Position numbers and translations under genes: made by a program
Shown: one piece after another, positions 18,576 to 31,898 of the stretch
Position numbering within the stretch: position 1 is the stretch's first letter
Layout of the letters: every line of letters begins with the position of its first letter
Assembly (NCBI RefSeq): GCF_009914755.1
Contig: NC_060948.1
DNA: 64,000 bases
From: the human T2T-CHM13v2.0 reference genome, Homo sapiens
Reading direction: 5' to 3' (one strand)
The notes under the pieces: model-generated
Told to the model about the DNA's origin: nothing
Seen by the model: only the letters and a program-made list of their open reading frames with translations
Database searches by the model: none

Positions 18576-19409
18576 GTGTACTGAGAAAATGACAGTCCCC
18601 GGCTGTGGGTGGGCAGGAGTGACCCGCCCCAGAGAGCGGGGTCACCCTGGGTGACTCCTGGGTGCAGCTGTGAGCCCTGCCTGAGGCTTTTCCTGACCTC
18701 TGGGGAGGGCGGCTCAGCCTGGGGCTGGAGGTTGGGGCCAGCTCTGGAGGCTGGAGTGGCTGCTGGGCGGCGGGACGGGTGTCTCAGAAGTCACTGAGGC
18801 ATGGGTAGGTCTAACCTTGGGACATTGCTGTGGGGAGGGCTGTGGAGACCAAGCACATTCCTGAGGCTCTGCCAGGGCAGCGGGGGTGGACAGTGTCCCC
18901 TGAGGACCCAGGACCAAGCCAGGCTCGCTACAGGGGTCCTGGAATAGAGGACAGAGGCCAGGAGCGCTGTGGGTGCTGGGCAGGGGTGGGGAGTTTGCTG
19001 GGGAGCTGCGCCTTACAGACCTGTGTTTGTTTCCCAGCCTCAGCGAGGCCGGGCTGGACGGGGCCCTGGTGCTGGTTTTCAGTGCCTCAGCGAGGCCGGG
19101 ACCAGAGCTGCTATTTCCAGATGAGGCTGGCTCGCATCTGCTCTGGCCGGGGCTCCAGGCCTGAGCCCTGCAACACGGCGTTCCCTTTCCAAGTCTGCAA
19201 AGCCTGTCTTAGGGGAGAGAAGAAGTTTCCTTCCATGCGGGTGGGGACGGCTAACCATGTCCAGACACTGAGACCGGTGCTCTGTGTGCTCAGCCTTCAG
19301 CCTGCACTGGCTTGGTGGCTTGGTGACCCGCCAGCAGGGTGGTGCTGTCTGTGGGCTCTGCTCAAGCTCCTCTCAGAGCCAGGAGGATGCCCGCCTGCTT
19401 GGGCCTGGC

Positions 19410-20250
19410 TCCCAGGATGTGCTTGGCAAATGCTTCTGGGATGGATGGATGGATGGGTGAGTGGATAACGGATGGATGGATAATGGATAGATGGATAATG
19501 GATAGATGGATGGATGGATGGATGATGGATGGATGGATAATGAATGGGTGGGTGGATGGATGGATGTGCTCGATCGGCAAATGCTTCTGGAATGGATGGA
19601 TAATTGGATGGGTAATGGGTGGGTGGATGGATAATGGATGGATGGATGGATAATGGATGGATGGATGGATAATGGATAGATGGATGGATAATGTATAGAT
19701 GGATGGATGATGGATGGATGGATGGATAATGGGTGGATGGATGATGGATAATGGGTGGATGGATGAATAATGGATGCTTCTGGGATGGATGGATAATGAG
19801 TGGGTGGATGGATAATGAATGGGTGGATGGACAGATGGATAGATGGATATGTTTGCTTGGCAAATGATTCTAGAATGAATGGATGGATGGATAATGAATG
19901 GGTGGGTGGGTGGATGGATGGATGCACTCTGTTGGCAAATGCTTCTGGGATGGATGGATGGATAATGGATGGATAGATGGATAATCAATGAGTGGGTGGA
20001 TGGATGGATAGATGGATGTGTTTGCTTGGTAAATGATTCTGGAATGGATGGGTGGATGGATGGATGGATGCGCTCGATCGGCAAATGCTTCTGGAATGGA
20101 TGGATAATTGGATGGGTAATGGGTGGGTGGATGGATGCATGGATAGATGGATGTGCTCACTCAGCAAATGCTTCTGGAATGAATGGATGATGGATGGATG
20201 AATAGATGGATGGATGGATGAATGGATGGATGGATGGATGGATGAATGAA
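19410..20250 (+). repeat. (GGAT)n-rich array punctuated by a recurring 'gcaaatgcttctgg' motif
   Basis: Motif variants at about 19426, 19577, 19860, 19935, 20029, 20081 and 20164, separated by variable-length GGAT/GGGT/GATAAT runs. Confidence 0.92.
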
Positions 20251-20598
20251 TTGCTAATTGGGGCTGTTTTTCCATACAGAGTGCTGCACGTGGGACTTAG
20301 CCTTGGACACTAACTCCTTTGCCCCTCGTATCTGGGAGGGAACAACACAGTTGCTATGCCTGACTAGGGCATGACCTGGGAGGCCTTTGGGGCCACACAG
20401 CCTCCTTGGGAAAGGAGGATCAGGTGGGCCTCACACCCAGGAATTGGAAGTGGGAGAGACAACAGCTGCTGGGTAGTGGGGGTAGAGCTGTGTCTCTCAC
20501 TGCCCTGCCCCTCCAAGGACCAAGAAGAAAGGAATGAGCCCCGATCCGCCTGCCAGGTACCCACCCATGAGAACCCCTTCTCTGCCAGCATCTGATAA

Positions 20599-21210
<612 letters not shown>

Positions 21211-21289
21211 TAATCATTGCCGAGGCTCTGCCTGTACGAAGTGTGGTCCGGGGAGGGCTGATGAGGCTGCAGGATGAGGGGGCTTGACA

Positions 21290-21570
21290 GACCCCTTTCC
21301 CCAGAAGAGGGCCCCCAAAAGGCATTGCCCCTGAAGAGGGCTCCCCAAGACCTCATCCCTGAAAAGGGACTCCCAGGGTCACCCCCCTGAAAAGGGCTCC
21401 TCAAAAGGCCCCCCGAACGGGGTCCCCCCAAGACTGCCCTCTGAAGGAGGCCCCCGAAGACTTCCCCCGTGAAGGTGCCCCCCAAGACCTGCCCCCTGGA
21501 AGAGGGCTCCCCAAGACCTCTCCCCCTAGAAGAGCCCCCTAAGACTTTTACCCTGGAAAAGGGCTCTCTG
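21290..21570 (+). repeat. Degenerate GC-rich minisatellite (~28-30-bp unit)
   Basis: 'cccctgaagagggctccccaagacct'-like unit repeated about 9 times. Confidence 0.75.
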
Positions 21571-22060
21571 CAAAGCTTCCCTGGACGTGCGCCTTCGAGC
21601 TGGGCAGGTAGGGAGGAGCTGTGTACTCGACATCATCCTTAGGATCTGTTGTCCTCCCGCTTCCCCTGCCCCGGCCCCCAGATGAATCCAGAGGCTGTTT
21701 TAGAGCCAGACGGACACTCCTGGTATGCACCAGACACTCATAGTGCAGTGCTCGCTGAGTAGAGGAGGAGTTAGTGGGTGAACCCGGCCCGCCAGGCTGC
21801 CCTGCACAGAATTCCAGCCTTGTCACCCCACTGGTTTTTAAATCATCACAATCCTCGGGATGTTCTGTGCATGCCACACACAGACTCTTAAGAGTCCAGA
21901 GGTCCTGTTTTTGCACAGTTACTCCAATGAATAAAAAGACGGGCTGGGCGTGGTGGCTCACGCCTGTCATCCGAGCACTTTGGGAGGCCGAGGCGGGGTG
22001 GATTGCCTGAAGTCAAGAGCTGAAGACCAGCCTGGCCAACATGGTGAAACCTCGTCTCTA

Positions 22061-22246
<186 letters not shown>

Positions 22247-23327
22247 CTAGCAGACACTGAAGGGAGAGGGAGAGGAACAAGCCCCAGGGACCCTTTATCC
22301 GACTTCCTTCCACCTGGGGGACTCCCTCCACGGGCCCTTGCTTTAAGGGCAAATGGCGAGGGCACCAGAACACAGGGAGGCCATGCCGGAGGTCCCTGCT
22401 GCAACCATGCGGCCCCCCAGCTCACTCCCAGCAGCCAAGACGAAGGGGGGCCTGGGCTCCCCCTAGGGCAGGCGCCTCTGATTCTCTCCACCGAGAGGCA
22501 CCTCCCATGCCGGCCTCTTCCTGGGGTGACTCCCAGAACCTTCTTGGACCCATGAACATTTCAATCTGGGGTGGGGCCTTCCCTGGGCATCCAAGTGGTG
22601 GGAATCTGTCCCTAGCCCCTAGAACTCCTGGAGGGCTGGGCCCACCTCTGTCTGCATCCCGTCCCCATTCCCCGCCCCGGGTGGCAGGGGCTGGAGAGGA
22701 AGGAGCTTCAGGCTTGAAAACCATCAAAGCAGGTTTCTTCCGAGATGGCCAGTGGTCACCTGAGATGGAGCAGAGAGCACCTGTGGCGGGCATCTTCTCT
22801 AGAAGCCGCCTGTGAGCCCTACGGAGGCCCTGGGCTTCGTGCCGTAAGACAGACGGTGTCCTGCAGGTACGTGGGGGAACCCTGTAGGCAGGGACTTTGC
22901 CTGCTTTCTCAGAACAGGACAGAGGAGTTTGGCTGGGGCAGCCCGAGGTGACCGGGATGCTGTCGCCCCAGCTCTGGGCCAGGCTGATGTGGGAAGGGAG
23001 GAAGGAGGGACAGTTACGGGCCAGGCTGACGTGGGAAGGGAGGGAGGAGGGAGGTAGGAGGGACAGAGGCCTGGCTGCTCTGCAGGGCTGGGCTCCGTGG
23101 CATCTCCTGGTGGCTGTCAGGTCCTGCCTGGCCCCACGCTGAGGCCAGTGTGATGGAGGGGCCTGGAAGCCTCATCCTTCTTGATTGCCACGCGGTGAGG
23201 GCCACAGGCATGCGCCACCGCACTGGACTCCCCCTTTCATCATCAAAGCCAAATTTTCTTCTTGTTTCATCTAGGCCTCCCATGGAGACACCATGTGTGA
23301 TTGTAAAAAAAAAAAAAAAATGAGTCA

Positions 23328-23890
<563 letters not shown>

Positions 23891-23932
23891 AAACAGACCA
23901 AAAAAAAAACGGAGTCTGTCCAGAATTATACA

Positions 23933-24273
23933 CAGTCACCTGTGCCAGGTAACAACCCTTCAGTCAACAACGGCCTTCCTAGACAGCGGAGGTCCCAGGA
24001 GATGGTAATACAGTAGTTTTCGTGTGCCTTTATTTGTAGACACACAAATCCCTACCATTGTATTACAGCAGCCTGCAGCACTGGGCACACTCACCTGCTG
24101 TCCAGGTTTGTAGCCCGGGAGCCTGGGGCCCTGCCGCACAGCCCAGGTGAGTAGCAGGCTGTATGTGCCACGGCGGTATGTGTGAGTGCACCCCGTGATG
24201 GGCACACAAAGAGAATTGCCTAAGGATGCATTTCCCGAAACAGGTCCCTGTCATTCAGTGACACACGTGACTG
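23933..24273. mobile_element. Non-autonomous Tigger3/MER7-like DNA transposon fossil
   Basis: Terminal inverted ends 'cagtcacctgtg' and 'cacacgtgactg'. Internal 'cagtcaacaacggcc' and 'gcctaaggatgcatttcccgaaaca' resemble Tigger3a termini (from memory). Confidence 0.7.
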
Positions 24274-24429
24274 TGTGTGTGTGTGTGTGTGTGTGCGCAC
24301 AGATGGGTGTGTATGTGTATGTATACACACCTGAACACTCACACCTCTACACACGTGCCTGTACACGGATAGAACACATAATTTACAGAATTTATGGAAC
24401 ACATAATTTATATTACATAAAATATATAG

Positions 24430-24573
<144 letters not shown>

Positions 24574-24891
24574 TAGCTGGGATTATAGGCTCCTGCCACT
24601 ATGCCCGGCTAGTGTTTGTATTTTGTGTAGAGACAGGATTTCACTCTGTTGGCCAGGCTGGTCTCGAATTCCTGACCACAGGTGATCCGCCCACCTCAGC
24701 CTCCCAAAGTGCTGGGATGACAGGCGTGAGCCACTGCACCCAGCCTATTTCAGCTGTTTTCTTAAAGCACAAAGCAACCTACACATTCTTTTGTGATACC
24801 AGGCCACTGTAAGGGTGGAGCAGCATGTGACTTTGGTGTTATTGAGATCATCCGTGACCATTGCAGAAAACCACTCCCATCTGTGCAGTGA

Positions 24892-25372
24892 GCACCTTGA
24901 AATAGGCCGCCCAGGAGGCAGAGGGTGCACCTTGAAATTGGGCTAGGAGGCGGAGCTTGCGCCTTGAAATAGGCCGCCCGGGAGGCGGGGCTTGCACCTT
25001 GAAATAGGCCGCCCAGAAGGCGGGGTTGCACCTTGAAATAGGCCACCCAGGAGGCGGGGCTTGCCCCTTGAAATAGGCCGCCCAGGAGGCGGGGTTGCAC
25101 CTTGAAATAGGCTGCCTGGGAGGCAGAGCTCGCACCTTGATATAGGCCGCCCAGGAGGCAGGGCTTGCCCCTTGAAATAGGCCGCCCGGGAGGTGGGGTT
25201 GCACCTTGAAACAGGCCGCCTGGGAGGCGGAGCTTGCACCTTGTAATAGGCCGCCCGGGAGGCGGGGCTTGCACCTTGAAATAGGCCTAGAAGGTGGGGC
25301 TTCCACCTTGAAATAGGCCGCCCAGGAGGCGGAGTTTGCACCTTGAAATAGACTGCCCAGGAGGCGGAGGTT
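24892..25372 (+). repeat. ~34-bp minisatellite (~14 copies), partly Alu-derived, running into an Alu 3' end
   Basis: Unit 'ccttgaaataggccgcccaggaggcggggttgca'. The last copy continues as canonical Alu 'gcagtgagccgagattgc...'. Confidence 0.93.
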
Positions 25373-26239
25373 GCAGTGAGCCGAGATTGCATTATTGTAC
25401 TCCAGTCTGGGTAAGAAGAGCTAAACTCCAGAGTCTGTCTCAGAAAAAGGAAAACAGCTGAAATATAGGAGACTGACGCCCAGCCCAGGAACAGGTAAGC
25501 TGGGTGCACGCGCCGTGAAAACAGCACCTAGGCCTGCTCCGGTTCTCGCTTTGCAGATGCCTCCTGAACCTCAGTGCCTCCTAAGGTCAAGGCTGTGAGT
25601 TAAAGGGCTCCACCCCAGCCCAGCCCCAGGTTGGCCCAGCCATTCCCTGGTGGAGGGGCCAGGGAGGAAAGGGGGCTGTGTGGGCACCAGAGGGTGAACT
25701 GAGGTCTGAGGGTCGGGACACAGGCCGGGAACAGCAGCTGGGAGCGGAGCACGGGGGAAACGTGGATGCGCTGAGCTCCCTACAACCGCAGTGAGCATGT
25801 GCCCAGGAGGGCCTCACGGGGTGGGTGTGAGTCTGGCCTGCCTGGGCTCGGGGTGGGGGGTGTTTACAGACGCATTTCAGCCCCGCAGCAGGGGCTGGGG
25901 AGGTCCCGCTCGTGACAGTCTCTGCACCAAGGCAGGAGAGATGGAAGCCGCCCAGAGAACTGCCACTCCATAGCCTGTGGGCATCCAGGGGTGAGCGGCA
26001 GCGATGGCGCCCCATGGAGGAAACACACTGGAAATCGTGCAGAAGATGGGAAGATGCAGGCTGGAGTGCGGAGAAGGACTGAGACCCTGCCTGGTAGACG
26101 GCACCGTCACAGCAGCCGTCTGCCTGCTAGGAGGTAGGAGAAAGCCCTGTCCCCACCGCCCTCCCCGGGAGTCCCCACTGGCTACTCTGGAAGGCTGCTG
26201 GTTCCCAGAACATCCGTGGGCTGAACAGTTATTCCTGGC

Positions 26240-26935
26240 TGTCCCTCCGTCCCCTCCTCCCCGAATGCAGCCTCCATCTCCTCCTCTAAAAATGCAGCCT
26301 CCATCCCCTCCTCCCCCAATTCAGCCTCCGTCCCCTCCTCCCTGAATGCAGCCTCCTTCCCCCCTCCCAAAATTCAGCCTCTGTCCCCACTCCCCAAATA
26401 CAGCCTCTTTCCCTTCCTCCCCCAATACAGCTTCCTTCCCAAAAGCAGCCTCCTTTCCCTCCTCCTCCCCAAATGCAGCCTCCTTCCCCCTCCCAAAATG
26501 CAGCCTCTGTCCCCACTCCCCAAATGCAGCCTCCTTCCCCTCCTCCCCAAATGCAGCCTCTGTCCCCCTCCCCAAATGCCACCTCCTTCCCCCCTCCCCA
26601 AATGCAGCCTCTTCCCCTCCTCCCCGAATGCAGCCTCCTTCCCCCCTCCCCAAATGCAGCCTCTTCCCCTCCTCCCCGAATGCAGCCTCCTTCCCCTCCT
26701 CCCCGAATGCAGCCTCCTTCCCCTCCTCCCCGAATGCAGCCTCCATCCTCTCCTCCCCGAATGCAGCCTCCTGTCCTCCCCAAATGCAGCCTCTGTCCCC
26801 CCCTCCCCAAATGCCGTCTCCTTCCCCTCCTCCCCAAATGCAGCCTCTGTCTCCTCCTTCCCAAAAGCAGCCTCCTTCCCCCACTCCCCAAATGCAGCCT
26901 CTGTCTCCTCCTCCCTAAATGCAGCCGTCTCCCTC
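26240..26935 (+). repeat. C-rich minisatellite (~26-28-bp unit, ~25 copies) just past the ASMTL polyA site
   Basis: 'ccccraatgcagcctccttcccctcct' repeated. Confidence 0.93.
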
Positions 26936-26978
26936 ATCAAAACCCCTATGGAGGAGGCAGAGACAGGCTTTTGCTTTC

Positions 26979-26984
26979 TTTATT
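26979..26984 (-). terminator. ASMTL: AATAAA polyadenylation signal of ASMTL
   Basis: tttatt on the + strand, 110 nt past the stop codon. Confidence 0.85.
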
Positions 26985-27093
26985 CAGTCACGACTACACG
27001 CTCCTATGTGACTGTCCTATGGTACTTGGGGACCGGGCGGTCCACCTGCAGCCTGGGGGAGGACATCCCTATAATGAACATGCTGCCTGGGCT

Positions 27094-27314
27094 TCAGGGG
27101 GCCACTTTGGTGGCCAAGATGGCATCCAGGACACCCCCCAAGTGCACCACCTGCACCTGGTGGAAGCCGTGCAGCTCCAGCAAGCACTGATACTCGCCCA
27201 GGCTCCGCTCCTTGCCTTCAGTCTGCACCAGCATGTTCAGTGACTGCATCAGGGCGCGCTGCGCCACCCTCTTCTCCTCATCCAGGAGCGTCTCCACCAG
27301 CAGCAGGCCGGCCC
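27094..27314 (-). CDS. ASMTL: ASMTL last exon (13)
   Basis: tcag|GG GCC GGC CTG...GCC CCC TGA; translates AGLLLVETLLDEEKRVAQRALMQSLNMLVQTEGKERSLGEYQCLLELHGFHQVQVVHLGGVLDAILATKVAP*; GKER motif of class I O-methyltransferases. Confidence 0.96.
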
Positions 27315-27526
27315 CTGAGGGAGACAGCAGAGAGCTGGAGTCCTGGCCAGCCAGGCGGGGATCCTTCAGCAGGACACAGGGGACACAGCAGGCAACAGGA
27401 GCTCAGAACGGTGAGCAGAGGCTGCTGAGAACCCTTGGCCAGGGGGCCCACACAGGTAGGGGAGGGGAGAGAGACAGAGACTTGATGCAGGGCGGACAGA
27501 CAGGGAGAAGGAGATTTGATCGAAAG

Positions 27527-30500
27527 ATGGATGGATAGATGGATGCATCACCTGGGCCTTTTCCGGTTCTCCTGGATGCATGGATGAACAGATGGTAGAT
27601 GATGGGTGGGTAGGTAGGTAGAAAGATGTATGGATAGGTGGACGCATGGATGAGAAGGATGGATGGATGAACAGATGGTAAGTGATGGGGAGGTACATGG
27701 ATGGATGGATAGATGGATGCATGTATGAGATGGATGGATGGGTGAATAGATGGTAGATGATGGGTAGGTAGGTAGATGAGTGGATGGACAGATGGATGCA
27801 TGGATGTGATGGATGGATGGGTGAATAGATGGTACATGATGGGCAGGTAGACGGATGGATAGATGGATGCATGGACGAGATGGATGGATGGGTGAATAGA
27901 TGGTACATGATGGGTAGGTAGGAAGATGAATAGATGGGTGCATGGATGAGATGGATGGTTGGGTGAATAGATGGTAGATGATGGGTACGTAGGTAGATGG
28001 ATGGATAGATGGATGCATGGATGAGATGGATGGGTGAATAGATGGTAGATGATGGGTAGGTAGGTAGATGAATGGATGGATAGATGGATGCATGGATGAG
28101 ATGGATGGATGGATGGGTGAATAGATGGTAGATCATGGGTACATAGATAGATGAATGGATGGATAGATGAATGCATGGATGAGATGGATGGGTGAATAGA
28201 TGGTAGATGATGGGTAGGTAGGTGGATGGATGGATGGATGGATGCAGGCATGGATGAGATGGATGGATGGGTGAATAGATGGGTAGGTAGGTAGATAGAT
28301 GGATGTATAGATGGATGGATGGATGGGTGAATAGATAGTAGATGATGGTTAGGTAAGTAGGTAGATGAATGGATGGATAGATGGATGCATGCATGAGATG
28401 GATGGATGGGTGTATAGATGATAGATGATGGGTAGGTAGGTAGACGAATGGACGGATAGATGGATGCATGGATGAGATGGATGGATGGGTGAATAGATGG
28501 TAGATGATGGGTAGGTAGATAGATGAATGGATGGACAGATGGATGCATGGATGAGATGGATGGATGGGTGAATAGATGGTACATGATGGACAGGTAGATA
28601 GATGAATGGATGGATATATGGATGTATGGATGAGATGGATGGATGGGTGAATAGATGGTAGCTGATGGATAGGTAGGAAGATGAATAGTTGGATGCATGG
28701 ATGAGATGGATGGTTGGGTGAATAGATGGTAGCTGATGGGTACGTAGGTAGATGTATGGATGGATAGATGGATGCATGGATGAGAGGGATGGATGGGTGA
28801 ATAGATGGTAGATGATGGGTAGGTAGATGAGTGGATGGATAGATGGATGAATGGATGAATAGATGGTAGATGATGGGTACGTAGATAGATGAATGGATGG
28901 ATAGATGGATGCATGGATGAGATGGATGGATGAGTGAACAGATGGTAGATTATGCGTAGGTAGGTAGATGAATAGATGGGTGCATGGATGAGATGGATGG
29001 TTGGGTGAATAGATGGTAGATGATGGGTACGTAGATAGATGAATGGATGGATAGATGGATGGATGGGTGAACAGATGGTAGATGATGGGTACGTAGATAG
29101 ATGAGTGGATGGATAGATGGATGTGATGGATGGGTGAATAGATGGTAGATGATGGATCGTTAGGTGGATGGATAGATGGAGGCATGGATGAGATGGATGG
29201 ATGGGTGAATAGGTAGGTAGGTAGATAGATGGATGTATAGATGGATGCATGGATGTGATGGATGGATGGGTGAATAGATAGTAGATGATGGTTAGGTAGG
29301 TAGATGAGTGGATAGATAGATGGATGCATGCATGAGATGGATGGGTGTATAGATGATGGGTAGGTAGGTGGATGGATGGATAGATGGATGCATGCATGAG
29401 ATGGATGGATGGGTGAATAGATGGTAGATGATGGGTAGGTAGATAGATGAATGGATGGATAGATGGATGCATGGATGAGATGGATGGATGGGTGAATAGA
29501 TGGTACATGATGGGCAGGTAGATAGATGAATGGATGGATATATGGATGTATGGATGAGATGGATGGATGGGTGAATAGATGGTAGATGATGGGTAGGTAG
29601 GAAGATGAATAGATGGATGCATGGATGAGATGGATGGTTGGGTGAATAGATGGTAGCTGATGGGTACATAGGTAGATGGATGGATGGATAGATGGATGCA
29701 TGGATGAGATGGATGGGTGAATAGATGGTAGATGATGGGTAGGTAGATGAGTGGATGGATGGATGAATGGATGAGTAGATGGTAGATGATGGGTACGTAG
29801 ATAGATGAATGGATGGATAGATGGATGTATGGATGTGATGGATGGGTGAATAGATGGTAGACGATGGGTAGGTAGGTGGATGGATAGATGGAGGCATGGA
29901 TGAGATGGATGGATGGGTGAATAAATGGGTGGGTAGGTAGGTAGGTAGATGGATGTATAGATGGATGCATGGATGAGATGGATGGATGGCTGAATAGATG
30001 GTAGATGATGGGTAGATAGATGAATGGATGGATGAGATGGATGGATGGGTGAATAGATGGTAGATGATGGGTAGGTAGGAAGATGAATAGATGGGTGCAT
30101 GGATGAGATGGATGGTTGGGTGAATAGATGGTAGATGATGGGTAGGTAGGTAGATGGATGGATGGATTCATGGATGAGATGGATGGATAGGTGAATAGAT
30201 GGTAGATGATGGGTAGGTAGGTAGATGAATGGATGGATAGATGGATGCATGGATGAGATGGATGGAGGGATGGGTGAATAGATGGTAGATGATGGGTACG
30301 TAGATAGATGAGTGGATGGATAGATGGATGTATGGATGTGATGGATGCTTGAATAGATGGTAGATGATGGGTAGGTAGGTGGATGGATGGATGGATAGAT
30401 GGCATGGATGAGATGGATGTATGGGTGAATAGATGGGTAGGTAGGTAGATGGATGCATGGATGTGATGGATGGATGGGTGAATAGATAGTAGATGATGGT

Positions 30501-31400
30501 TAAGTAGGTAGATGAATGGATGGATAGATGGATGCATGCATGAGATGGATGGATTAGTGAATAGATGGTAGATGATGGGTAGGTAGGTAGATGAATGGAT
30601 AGATACATGGATGCATGCATGAGATGGATGGATGGGTGAATAGATAATAGATGATGGGTAGGTAGATGAATGGATGGATAGATGGGTGCATGGAACAGAT
30701 GGATGGATGGGTGAATAGATGGTAGATGATGGGTACATAGATAGATGAATAGATGGATGCATGGATGAGATGGATGGGTGAATAGATAGTAGATGATGGG
30801 TAGGTAGATGAATGGATGGATAGATGCATGGATTGGATGGATGGGTGAATAGATGGTAGATGATGGGTAGGTAGATGGATGGATGGATGGATGCATGCAT
30901 GGATGAGATGGATGGGTGAACTGATGGTAGATGATGGGTAGATGGATGGATGGATGGGTGAACTGATGGTAGATGATGGGTAGGTAGATAGATGAATGGA
31001 TGTATATAGATGGATGCATGGATGAGATGGATGGCTGGGTGAATAGATGGTAGATGATGGGTAGGTAGGTAGATGGATGGATGGATAGATGGATGCATGG
31101 ATGAGATGGATGGATGGCTGAATAGATGGTACATGATGGGCAGGTAGATGAATGGATGGATAGATGGATGAGATGGATGGGTGTATTGATGGTAGGTGAT
31201 GGGCAGGTAGGTAGATGAATGGATGGATATAGATGGATGCATTCATGAGATGGATGGATGGGTGAATAGATGGTAGATGATAGGTAGATAGATGAATAGA
31301 TGGATAGATGGATGCATGGATGAGATGGATGGATGGGTGAATATATGGTAGATGATGGGTAGGTAGATGATGGATGGATGGATAGATAATAAATGATAGA
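27527..31400 (+). repeat. ~3.9-kb GGAT/TAGA compound array with higher-order ~70-80-bp period
   Basis: 'atgcatggatgagatggatggatgggtgaatagatggtagatgatgggtaggtag' recurs dozens of times. Confidence 0.95.
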
Positions 31401-31898
31401 CAGATGACAGGTGACGGAGCATTGTTAGAAGGCCAGACGCAGTGGCTCACACCTGTAATCGCAGCACTTTGGGAGGCAGAGGTGGGAGGATGGTTTGAGC
31501 CCAGGAGTTTGAAACCAACCTGAGCAACATAGTGAGACCCTGTCTCTATTTTATTTTTTTTAAAAAAGGATGATAGATGTATAAAGAGAGACAGAGACAG
31601 GGTGGAGAGAGGGAGGAAGAGACAGAGAAGATAAAGGAGGAAGGAGGAGAGAAGAGAAACAGAGATTGATGATGATAGATGAGATACCTAAAAAGACACA
31701 GAGAGGAGGAGACAGAGAGGAAGAGGGAGAAGAGAGAGAAAGAGAGACAGAGGCCGGGTGCAGTGGCTCATGTCTTTAACCCCAGCATTTTGGGAGGCTG
31801 AGGCAGGAGGATCGCTTGAGCCCAGGAAGGGTAGCCTGGGCAACATCGCAAGATCCCATCTCTACAAAATTTAAAAAACCCTAACAGGGCATGATAAC

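Noticed and set aside
19410-20250. CRISPR-like look: conserved motif separated by variable spacers
   Set aside because: Spacers are GGAT microsatellite of very unequal length, there are no cas genes, and the context is human genomic DNA.
23304-23320. A17 run as a possible transcript end or retrocopy tail
   Set aside because: No upstream AATAAA or TSD seen. More likely a simple A-tract and an oligo-dT mispriming site.
24892-25372. 34-bp repeat containing 'ttgaaa', reminiscent of CRISPR repeat ends
   Set aside because: Units are contiguous with no unique spacers, and half the unit is Alu sequence.
25495-25556. Apparent 62-nt GT-AG micro-intron on + (cag|gtaagc...tttgcag|)
   Set aside because: Shorter than typical human introns. 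The sites may pair with other partners, which cannot be established without transcript data.
27403-31242. 1279-aa His/Pro/Ser/Ile ORF and overlapping long ORFs (also 19297-20275 and 46273-47810)
   Set aside because: Translation of CCAT-type repeats, which rarely contain stop codons. Several frames are open, the regions are intronic or intergenic, and there is no domain content.
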